Source: Bacteroidales bacterium (GTDB taxonomy: Bacteria > Bacteroidota > Bacteroidia > Bacteroidales > VadinHA17). From it: DNA of 64,000 nt. A model generated the notes under the pieces. That model was not told where the DNA came from and made no database searches. It was given only the letters and a program-made list of their open reading frames with translations. The stretch lies in assembly GCA_046706305.1 (NCBI GenBank), contig JBJKPQ010000162.1, forward strand, positions 13,381-77,380. The letters are read 5' to 3'. Shown piece by piece: positions 19,508 through 27,599 of the stretch. Every line of letters begins with the position of its first letter. The stretch's first letter is position 1. Made by a program: the position numbers and the translations under genes.

Positions 19508-20587
19508 TTATCTGTCAACAGTTCTTACAAATTTAGACCTTATCCAACCCGGAATTATCAACACTCCGGCAAGTAAAAAGGGATAGTAACTTATTATTCG
19601 CCAGATGAGTGCCATTGCCAGGGCAACTCCTCCCGCATTCGACTGGCTTACCGGTATAAGGTCTGATAAATACCTGCCCAGGATTACTTCGGCAAAACCG
19701 CTTCCCCCGGGAGTAGGGCTTACTATCATCATTATCCACATCACAAGCTGGCGTGCAAATATCAGCAGGTGGTCCTTTATTGAAAAGAATGCGACAAGTA
19801 TTGCATTAACAACAAGATACCTTGCTGTCCATGTTATAAATGTTGTTGATGCTGCTTTTAACCAGAATCCGGTTGTCTTCTTCTTCAATTCCCGTGAACT
19901 CTTAATTATATCGTCACCAGCCCTTTCTGCACCACTTTGCCAGCGTCTGATAACCGGAAGTTTAAAAATTCCGACAAGTATTTTTTTTATTGCGTGGGGA
20001 TTAATAAACAGGCCATATCCCGATAGAAGGACCCAGGCAAGTATTATCAGATATCCGGCCACAGCAATTATCACAAGGTTATTCAGAAAAATTGTGCCGG
20101 TACCTTCCAATGTAGTAACGAAGATCGTTTTCCCTCCTATAATCAAAAGCAGAACAGGGAATAACAATACAAAATACAGTTCGTCGAGAAATGAGGTTAC
20201 CAGTACTACCGCAGTACTGCGGCCAATGTTAATGCCTTCCTTGTGCAGGAACACAACGGCAAAACCCGTACCGCCTACTGTTGAGGGAGTTATGGCTGAT
20301 GTGAATTCCCAGAGCATAGTAATTCTGAATGCCTGAAGCCACGTGATATCTCCATCGGTCAGCACCTTTATGCGTGCCATATATCCCAGGGTTCTGAGAC
20401 CAACAAAAAGAAAGGCAATTATAATCCAGAAAAGTGAATTCCATGTGAAGTCTATTTCATTTAATACCCCGGCATCTATATCACGTGCAATCAACCATCC
20501 AAGAACAGCCAATCCAAGCACTACGGGAAAAATCACTTTCCCCGGTCTGAGCTTACTTACCATATTGTAATGACTGTCGTTTGTCAT
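19508..20587 (-). CDS. Flippase-like (LPG_synthase_TM / YbhN / MprF-flippase-type) membrane protein
   Basis: 359 aa, ~8 TM helices, with TPTPGGSGFAE and TPSTVGGTGFAVV motifs typical of the UPF0104 family as I recall it. Lies 57 nt upstream of the ABC gene on the same strand. Confidence 0.7.
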   Translation of the reverse strand: MTNDSHYNMVSKLRPGKVIFPVVLGLAVLGWLIARDIDAGVLNEIDFTWNSLFWIIIAFLFVGLRTLGYMARIKVLTDGDITWLQAFRITMLWEFTSAITPSTVGGTGFAVVFLHKEGINIGRSTAVVLVTSFLDELYFVLLFPVLLLIIGGKTIFVTTLEGTGTIFLNNLVIIAVAGYLIILAWVLLSGYGLFINPHAIKKILVGIFKLPVIRRWQSGAERAGDDIIKSSRELKKKTTGFWLKAASTTFITWTARYLVVNAILVAFFSIKDHLLIFARQLVMWIMMIVSPTPGGSGFAEVILGRYLSDLIPVSQSNAGGVALAMALIWRIISYYPFLLAGVLIIPGWIRSKFVRTVDR

Positions 20588-21027
20588 ACAGATATTCTTA
20601 CTTTCACACCTTGCCGGATAAAGCAGTTGATTTCTGTATTATTATTTACCCGGCAATAGTTTTTGTTCCATTTGATCACTAACCGGGATCCGATTATTCC
20701 GGTCGGCTTTATGGGGAGGGTCAAAAAGTTAAAGATGGTTAATTTTCACATTATTTGCAATATCATGACTGTCGCGGGTGGAATATTAATACCCGTTCCT
20801 TGTGAGTATTTTGTTTAAATTTGAATCTGGTCATATAGTTACTGGATAAAAAAACAATAGTCTAACTGCTCTGCAGTTGTATTTAACGGTTCAGCCGGCT
20901 AAAATTACTATTCGGACTTTAAGAGTTTTTTTGCGGGATCAAAAAAGTTTATTTTGTAATTGAAAAATTTAAAACCCAGATATCCTTTCCCTGTATCAAT
21001 AAGGATCTAAGAGTAAGATAAAAAGAC

Positions 21028-22077
21028 ATGAAAAACATTACCCTGCATGATGTGATGAACCAGCGAAAACCGCTTTCACATATACTGTTTATTCTCTTTT
21101 CACTTATTGTGGCTGTTTGGTATGTATTTTTTGGCGAAGAAGATTCCGGTACCACAACATTTTTGAGTCTTTTCATCTTGTTATCTCTTCAGCTTGAAGT
21201 GTTTATCTTTTTCGGGAATCTCCTTTTTTCAAATTTTAATTTTGAAAGAAGTCCGGGAATCGTTACCCGCATGGTACTGACACGGTTTATGCTTTTTCTT
21301 GCATTATGCCTTTTTGCTTCATTTGTCCTTTATATGCTTCTTGAATATTCTTTAATACTTATTAATGGCGGAGATTTGGCAGATGTTTTCCCGACTTTTG
21401 TTAAAAATAAAGCGTCTGGTTGGGTTAAATCCACATTGACAGGATTCTCATTCGGGGCTGTCATCTTTATCGTAATTCTCTGGCAGGATGCTCTTAGAAG
21501 AGAACAGAAGCTCAAAGAGCAGAACCTGATTTTCCTTAACGAAACATTAAAGAACCAGGTCAACCCTCATTTCTTATTTAACAGCCTGAATACTCTCTCC
21601 TCCCTTATCCCTACAAGTCCGGATACAGCCGAACAGTTTATACGTAAACTTTCGTCTATATACAGGTATATACTCGAGAACAGTCGCAGGGACAGGATTT
21701 CTCTGACGGCCGAGATGGAGTTTATAGATGATTATTTTGAACTTTTCAGGATACGCGATGCAGGGAAAGTCTTTCTCGGGATTAATGCAGATGAGGCTGA
21801 AAAGTATTCAATTCTACCTGTGTCTCTTCAGATCCTTGTTGAGAATGCCATAAAGCACAACATGGCTACAAGAGAACATCCCCTGAAAATATCGATATTC
21901 ATTGAGGGCAACTATGTTGTTGTTCGGAATAATCTTCAGAAAATGGCATCTTCTGTCAGATCCACACGTATCGGGCTTAAAAACCTAGGTGAAAGGGTAA
22001 GGATTATTTCCGGACGCGACCTGGTTATCGAAGAGACAGCAACTTTTTTTACTGCCAAATTACCTTTACTGCCATGA
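21028..22077 (+). CDS. LytS/YehU-type sensor histidine kinase
   Basis: N-terminal TM helices, His_kinase motif QVNPHFLFNSLNTLSSLI and HATPase N-box LQILVENAIKHN. Confidence 0.85.
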   Translation: MKNITLHDVMNQRKPLSHILFILFSLIVAVWYVFFGEEDSGTTTFLSLFILLSLQLEVFIFFGNLLFSNFNFERSPGIVTRMVLTRFMLFLALCLFASFVLYMLLEYSLILINGGDLADVFPTFVKNKASGWVKSTLTGFSFGAVIFIVILWQDALRREQKLKEQNLIFLNETLKNQVNPHFLFNSLNTLSSLIPTSPDTAEQFIRKLSSIYRYILENSRRDRISLTAEMEFIDDYFELFRIRDAGKVFLGINADEAEKYSILPVSLQILVENAIKHNMATREHPLKISIFIEGNYVVVRNNLQKMASSVRSTRIGLKNLGERVRIISGRDLVIEETATFFTAKLPLLP

Positions 22078-22829
22078 ATATACTTGTTGTAGAAAATGAA
22101 ATGCCCGCAGCTGACAGGCTTGTGAGGCTCCTTAAAAAAATCGACCGCTCTGTTAATGTTACAGGTGTTGTTGAGACGGTGGAAGACACGATTAACAAAC
22201 TCCGAGAAGAGCCGGGTCCAGACCTTATTCTGATGGACATCCAGCTCGATGACGGCCTCTGTTTTGAGATCTTTGAAACCATCAGGGTAGATACACCGGT
22301 GATCTTTACCACCGCATTCGATGAGTATACTCTAAGGGCATTTAAGGTTAACAGCATCGATTACCTTCTGAAGCCAATAGATGAAGAATCACTTACAACA
22401 GCGCTGGCCAAGTTCAGGAAGCTTTATGCTGATAATGACCCCCTGAAAAGAGATTTCAGGCAGCTCCTTCACGAATTCAGGAACCAGTACAGGTCGAGAT
22501 TTCTTATTAAGATAGGAGAGAGGTATAAGTCTGTACCGGCATCAGAGATATGTTATTTCCATATTTGCGAACGCAGTGTCTTCCTGAATGATACAAATGG
22601 GAAGGACTACGGACTCGACTTTTCACTGGAACAGCTTGAAGGTATTCTCGATCCAAAAAAGTTCTACAGGATAAACCGTGAATGCATTGTAAATATTGAT
22701 TCAATATCATATATGAACAGCTATTCCTCAAGCCGGCTGCAACTTGCTATTAAGAACAGAAAAGAGGATGAACAATTTGTTGTAAGCCGCGATAAAGTAT
22801 CAGCGTTTAAAAAATGGATCGACAGGTGA
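22074..22829 (+). CDS. LytR/AlgR-family response regulator (REC + LytTR)
   Basis: ATGA overlap with the kinase stop. Receiver motifs (VVENE.., LILMDIQLDDG, PVIFTTAF, DYLLKP) and LytTR domain (FYRINRECIVNIDSI). Confidence 0.9.
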   Translation: MNILVVENEMPAADRLVRLLKKIDRSVNVTGVVETVEDTINKLREEPGPDLILMDIQLDDGLCFEIFETIRVDTPVIFTTAFDEYTLRAFKVNSIDYLLKPIDEESLTTALAKFRKLYADNDPLKRDFRQLLHEFRNQYRSRFLIKIGERYKSVPASEICYFHICERSVFLNDTNGKDYGLDFSLEQLEGILDPKKFYRINRECIVNIDSISYMNSYSSSRLQLAIKNRKEDEQFVVSRDKVSAFKKWIDR

Positions 22830-23053
22830 TTCATTAACAAGTCCAACCTAATCTCAAATTCTGTATACGGATTATCGCAATAAACCGTTTAATCACATGT
22901 TGGTACCGCTTTGATCACCGAAATATGTTTAGCTATCAAATTCCTTATTATTTCTTTGGTAAGCCAGCCAAAAATGATCAATTTTGACAAATAACCTATA
23001 TTAAGGGACTGACTGATTTTAAGGAAGAAGAACGATAGGTTGTTTGAAATAAA

Positions 23054-23419
23054 ATGAAAATACTGATTTGCGAGGATAACAGGCTGGCCAGAACAACTCT
23101 GTCTTATATTCTTAAGAAAGAGGGATTTGAATTGGAAGGTGCCGAGGATGGCAGGGAGGCACTAACGCTTTTAAGTAAGAATGTATACGACCTGATTATT
23201 GTGGATATTCATCTGCCCTTCAGAAGCGGGCTTGAATTGATACAATATGTCAGGTCCGAACTTTAACAAAAAACACCGGTGATAGTCCTTACGGCCTTCA
23301 GCGACCCGCAGATGCAGCAACAAGCCGGGGAGTTGGGCATTAGCGGTTATATTGTAAAACCTTTTAATCCGGCAGATATTATACTTCAGATCAATTCTAT
23401 TCTTACTGAAGGGAAATGA
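23054..23419 (+). pseudogene. Stand-alone receiver (CheY-like) domain gene interrupted by an in-frame TAA at 23264-23266
   Basis: The same frame reads MKILICEDN..LIIVDIHLPFRSGLELIQYVRSEL, then the stop, then QKTPVIVLTAFSDPQMQQQAGELGISGYIVKPFNPADIILQINSILTEGK. Together these form a complete REC fold (acidic pocket, D, T, K). Its TGA at 23417-23419 overlaps the next ATG. Confidence 0.75.
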
Positions 23420-24495
23420 AAAGGTTCTTAAATCATTATTTGATATCATTATTGTTTCTTGGATTTTTCAGGATTGTCCCTCTGGTTGCCCAGGGTAGTC
23501 ACAACCCTGAAGCAGAGTTCCAACGTATACGTACTCTTGCTTTCAGTGGTGATTATTCTACGGCTGCCTCGGAAGCCAGGAAACTAGTTAACATGTATCC
23601 CTCGTATGGAGATGCCAGGATACTGCTCGGACGTATACTTGCATGGCAGAAGGACTACAGGGATGCTGCAGCTGTTATAGATACACTCCTGATGACCGAG
23701 CCGGGTAACCTCGATGCACTGTCTGCCCGTCGCGATATAACTTTGTGGTCGAAAGATAATACACCCGTATCAACCGATCTCAGGGCCGGTTATTCCTTCG
23801 ACACCTTCAGGGAGCCGTATTCAAGGTACTGGCAGGTTTTCAGTGCCGGTGCAGGGCACCGGTTTAATTGGGGTCCGGCTTCGGCAGGTATTAATACCGG
23901 TAATCTGATATCAGGTGCAGCACAAGCGAATAATACCACTGAGATACAAATTGAAGCCGAAGCTTACCCTCATCTTTCCGATAAAAACTATGCATTCTTA
24001 TCATATGCATTCAGCCCGGGTACCTATTTCCCGAAACACCGGGCTGCATTGGAGTTATGGCAGATATTAAATTCGGGCTGGGCCGTATCAGCCGGATTAA
24101 ATTACTACCATTTCAACCGTGATTTCTATATTGCAAATCTGGCTTTGGAAAAATATATTTCAAACTACTGGTTTGCACTTAAAGGATTTGTATATTTCAA
24201 AGATAACGGGCCTACTGCATCGGCATATCTTAATGCAAGACGATATCTTAATGATAAGGATTATCTGCAGCTGACCCTTGGAACAGGTACAGCTCCCGAT
24301 GAACCCTTTGATATACAGGAGCATCTTATGCGCCTTAGTGCACACAGTCTTAGACTGGCATATAATAAGCAAATATCATCACGGATAGTATTACGCTTAA
24401 ATGCAGGCTTCTCGAGGGAAGAGTACAGGGCGGATACTTGGAGGAACAGGTTTGAAGGAGGTATAAACTTCACATACGCTATTAAAATGAAATAA
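23416..24495 (+). CDS. Outer-membrane protein: signal peptide, TPR region and C-terminal beta-barrel (YaiO/PgaA-like)
   Basis: 359 aa. Signal peptide, ~100-aa TPR-like helical repeats (..ARILLGRILAWQKDYRDAAAVIDTLL..), then ~240 aa of alternating strand-like segments rich in Y/F/G/N. Confidence 0.6.
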   Translation: MKRFLNHYLISLLFLGFFRIVPLVAQGSHNPEAEFQRIRTLAFSGDYSTAASEARKLVNMYPSYGDARILLGRILAWQKDYRDAAAVIDTLLMTEPGNLDALSARRDITLWSKDNTPVSTDLRAGYSFDTFREPYSRYWQVFSAGAGHRFNWGPASAGINTGNLISGAAQANNTTEIQIEAEAYPHLSDKNYAFLSYAFSPGTYFPKHRAALELWQILNSGWAVSAGLNYYHFNRDFYIANLALEKYISNYWFALKGFVYFKDNGPTASAYLNARRYLNDKDYLQLTLGTGTAPDEPFDIQEHLMRLSAHSLRLAYNKQISSRIVLRLNAGFSREEYRADTWRNRFEGGINFTYAIKMK

Positions 24496-26081
24496 TGAAG
24501 TATGCATCTCTGTACATATTATTCCTTCTTCTGCCATTTGCTGTTCCGGTTTACGGAATGAGTATGGATACCCCGTCAAAGACTGAAAAGAATTTGGTTC
24601 CTGGTTTGAAGGAAGAACTGTCAAAGATCATTCCTGATGGATTTATCACCGTAAAAGATCCGAGATATTCAGTTCAGCTTGGAGCCTTCAGGTTAAAATC
24701 AAATGCTGAAGCTCTTCTGAAAAAAATTGCCGGGCACCTGGGGAGAGAAGCAGTTATTGTTAGAGAAGACGGCTTTTATAAAGTCAGAGTACCAGATACC
24801 CCGGAGAAACCCGACACACTGGCAAAACCTTCAGCTTCGAAATTGGTACAGTCTGATTCACTTTTGATATACGGGATCCTGAGCAGGTTTTGTATAAGAC
24901 CTGATTTTTTCAATGATGACGGTTTTTTTTCAGGTGTGATTGATACACTGAAAAAGTCAGCCGCTTCCGTAGGAAGAATATTTTTTATCAGGGGAGACAG
25001 CCCCTGGCTTAAGAGGATTAACTATTTCGGCAAATCAGTATCATTTGTCAATGTTCTGATTGTGGCTATTGTGAGCTCTATTACAATTATGTTCATACTT
25101 CTTTTCATAATACTTCTTAACAGGAAAAGGCTCGAAAAGGAGGAGAAGTTACAACAGTTTCTCCTTGAAAAATACCAGAGTATGATAATTGACTATTTGT
25201 ACGGGAATACAACAGCAGATGAATTTCGGGATATTGCGTCCGATACATACAGGCGACAGGTACTTATTGACCAGTTGATTGATGTGAGTGTTAATTTAAA
25301 AGGTGATGCCAGCGCAAAACTGCTGACCCTTTATAAGCATCTTGGCCTCGACAGGGACTCAATAGCCAGGGCGCATGATCACAGGTGGCATAAGAAAATA
25401 AAGGGCTTCCGTGAGCTTGCTTTCATGGATATTAAGGATGCCAACACTGCTATCTATAAAGCTCTCAATTCATCAAATGAGATACTCAGGATGGAGGCCC
25501 AGATAGCCCTTGTAAGGCTTAGTGATGATAACCCTTTTGAATTTCTGACACATCTTACAAGGCCTTTCTCGTTGTGGGAACAGATAACCCTTCATGAGCT
25601 TATTATTCAGCATGACCTGCCAATTCCATCCTTCCAGGTATGGCTTCATTCTACAAATCCTACCGTCGTAATGTTTGCGCTGCGGATGATAAGGGAATTC
25701 AAACAGATGGACTCCGAAAATAAAATAAGAGAAGTTCTTCTTCATCCCGACGCGGCAGTCAGGAAGCTGGCTGTACAGGTCGCCGGAGACCTGCATATGC
25801 GCACTGCATGCGATGTTATGAGAAGTATGTATAAAAACCAGGATTATAATATCTGCCTGGAGATAATCAAATCGCTGGGTAAAATGCCTGATCCGTCTAT
25901 GATAGGATTCCTGAAACTTGTTATCGACAAGGAAGATGATGTACAACTCCAGATAGAAGCCACCAAAGCAATGGAAAACATAGGAGAAGAAGGAATAAGT
26001 GCACTCGTAAAACTAATGAAATCGGAATACAAAAACTACAATATTATTATCAGGCATGTGCTTGACAGAAGAATATATTAG
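24495..26081 (+). CDS. Bitopic protein: periplasmic SPOR domain, one TM helix, cytoplasmic HEAT-repeat array
   Basis: TAATG overlap with the upstream gene. Signal peptide, SPOR-like YSVQLGAFRLKSNAEALLKKI..FYKVRV, TM VNVLIVAIVSSITIMFILLFIILL followed by NRKRLEKEEK (positive-inside). At least five HEAT/PBS-lyase-type repeats (..NEILRMEAQIALVRL.., ..DAAVRKLAVQVAGDL.., ..QLQIEATKAMENIG..). Confidence 0.65.
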   Translation: MKYASLYILFLLLPFAVPVYGMSMDTPSKTEKNLVPGLKEELSKIIPDGFITVKDPRYSVQLGAFRLKSNAEALLKKIAGHLGREAVIVREDGFYKVRVPDTPEKPDTLAKPSASKLVQSDSLLIYGILSRFCIRPDFFNDDGFFSGVIDTLKKSAASVGRIFFIRGDSPWLKRINYFGKSVSFVNVLIVAIVSSITIMFILLFIILLNRKRLEKEEKLQQFLLEKYQSMIIDYLYGNTTADEFRDIASDTYRRQVLIDQLIDVSVNLKGDASAKLLTLYKHLGLDRDSIARAHDHRWHKKIKGFRELAFMDIKDANTAIYKALNSSNEILRMEAQIALVRLSDDNPFEFLTHLTRPFSLWEQITLHELIIQHDLPIPSFQVWLHSTNPTVVMFALRMIREFKQMDSENKIREVLLHPDAAVRKLAVQVAGDLHMRTACDVMRSMYKNQDYNICLEIIKSLGKMPDPSMIGFLKLVIDKEDDVQLQIEATKAMENIGEEGISALVKLMKSEYKNYNIIIRHVLDRRIY

Positions 26082-26087
26082 AGGATA

Positions 26088-27506
26088 ATGCAGTTTATTT
26101 TTGCAAATATAATTTTCATACTTACGATCATCCTTTTCGGATCGTACCTGATACTGGGGATATTTTCTGCTATTGCTCTTCGAAAATATCTGAGGAAAAA
26201 CAGTTATGTCAATTTTAATTCTTTGATGTTGTCCCCCCTGAGTCCTAAAATTTCAATCATTGCCCCTGCTTTTAATGAGAGTAAAACTATAATAGATAAT
26301 GTACGGACGCTACTTTCTCTGTACTATAATAATTTTGAAGTTGTACTTGTAAATGACGGTTCTACAGACGACACATTTGAAAAAATTAAACATGAGTATG
26401 AACTGACAAGAGTCAATTACTACTTTGATTACAGGATTCCCTGTGAGAGGATCAGGGGCGTCTATAAATCAAAAAATCCGTCTTTCAACAGGCTGACAGT
26501 GATAGACAAGAATAACGGAGGCAAGGCTGATTCATTAAATGCCGGCATAAATATTTGCAAGAGCAGTTTGTTTGTTTCAGTGGATGCAGATTCCATAATA
26601 GAGCCCGATTCGATACTGAAGCTGGTCAAACCTTTTCTTGAGGAGAAGGACAGAAAGGTTATTGGAGCGGGAGGCGTAATAAGAATTGTAAACTCATGCG
26701 ATGTTGAAAGTGGTCATATCAGGGAGATACATCTTCCTCGGCAGATACTACCGCGATTACAGGTTCTTGATTACACAAGGGCCTTTCTTCTGGGACGAAT
26801 GGCCTGGAGCCAGCTCGACGGACTTATGCTTATCTCCGGGGCCATGGGAATATTTGATCGCGAAACAGTTATCAAAGCAGGAGGTTACAGTATTAAAACA
26901 GTTGGGGAAGATATGGAACTGGTACTTCGTATGAGGAGGAAGATGGCAGAGGAGAATGTGAAATATGAGGTTACTTACATCCCGGATCCTCTCTGCTGGA
27001 CAGAAGTACCATCGGATTTCAAATCGATGAGAAAGCAGCGCACAAGGTGGACACGCGGACTTGTTGAGTCATTAAGAGCTCATCGGAAGATGTTTTTTAA
27101 CCCCAGGTATGGAAGACTAGGCCTCCTTGGATACCCCTACTGGTTTTTCTTTGAATGGCTCGCACCTTTAATTGCTTTTTCCGGGTTTTTATATACAATT
27201 TACCTAATACTCTTACATTCTATTAACTGGCCACTTTATCTTCTGCTTTTTCTTTTTGTGTATACCTTTGCCGTCTCCCTGTCAACATGGGCGGTATTGT
27301 TTGAAGAGGTCACCTTTCATAAATACAAGAAGAAAAGAGATGTGCTGAAATTATTTGCCGCCGCACTGGTGGAACCTTTCTTTTACCCGATGCATACATA
27401 TTTTGCCGTTAGAGGGAATATTGAAGCCCTTAGAGGTAAAAAGGGTTGGGGGTCTGCTAAAAGAAGCGGTTTTGTGAAACACAAGAAACAGGACAGTAAC
27501 AAATAG
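26088..27506 (+). CDS. Processive family-2 glycosyltransferase (PgaC/IcaA/NodC/BcsA class polysaccharide synthase)
   Basis: 472 aa. N-terminal TM, NDGSTDD, DADS, GEDME and QRTRW (27036-27050), with ~4 C-terminal TM helices. Confidence 0.85.
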   Translation: MQFIFANIIFILTIILFGSYLILGIFSAIALRKYLRKNSYVNFNSLMLSPLSPKISIIAPAFNESKTIIDNVRTLLSLYYNNFEVVLVNDGSTDDTFEKIKHEYELTRVNYYFDYRIPCERIRGVYKSKNPSFNRLTVIDKNNGGKADSLNAGINICKSSLFVSVDADSIIEPDSILKLVKPFLEEKDRKVIGAGGVIRIVNSCDVESGHIREIHLPRQILPRLQVLDYTRAFLLGRMAWSQLDGLMLISGAMGIFDRETVIKAGGYSIKTVGEDMELVLRMRRKMAEENVKYEVTYIPDPLCWTEVPSDFKSMRKQRTRWTRGLVESLRAHRKMFFNPRYGRLGLLGYPYWFFFEWLAPLIAFSGFLYTIYLILLHSINWPLYLLLFLFVYTFAVSLSTWAVLFEEVTFHKYKKKRDVLKLFAAALVEPFFYPMHTYFAVRGNIEALRGKKGWGSAKRSGFVKHKKQDSNK

Positions 27507-27530
27507 AAGGGTTTACATCAAGATAAAAAA

Positions 27531-27565
27531 GAACCGGACATGTTTTAAAGTGTCCGGTCCTTTCT
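27531..27565. terminator. Bidirectional terminator hairpin between convergent genes
   Basis: ACCGGACA (27533-27540), 10-nt loop, TGTCCGGT (27551-27558). An A-run lies on the left and a T-rich tract on the right. Confidence 0.7.
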
Positions 27566-27599
27566 GAAAAATCTGCTTATTTAAAAATACAGGTAAAAA

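Noticed and set aside
20588-21027. A 440-nt intergenic region between the flippase-like gene and the histidine kinase, examined for an RNA gene, a small ORF or repeats.
   Set aside because: Only short (7-nt) inverted repeats were found. There is no tRNA-like fold, no convincing terminator-bounded unit, and the single ORF (20949-21176, minus) is low-complexity. It is most simply a divergent promoter region.
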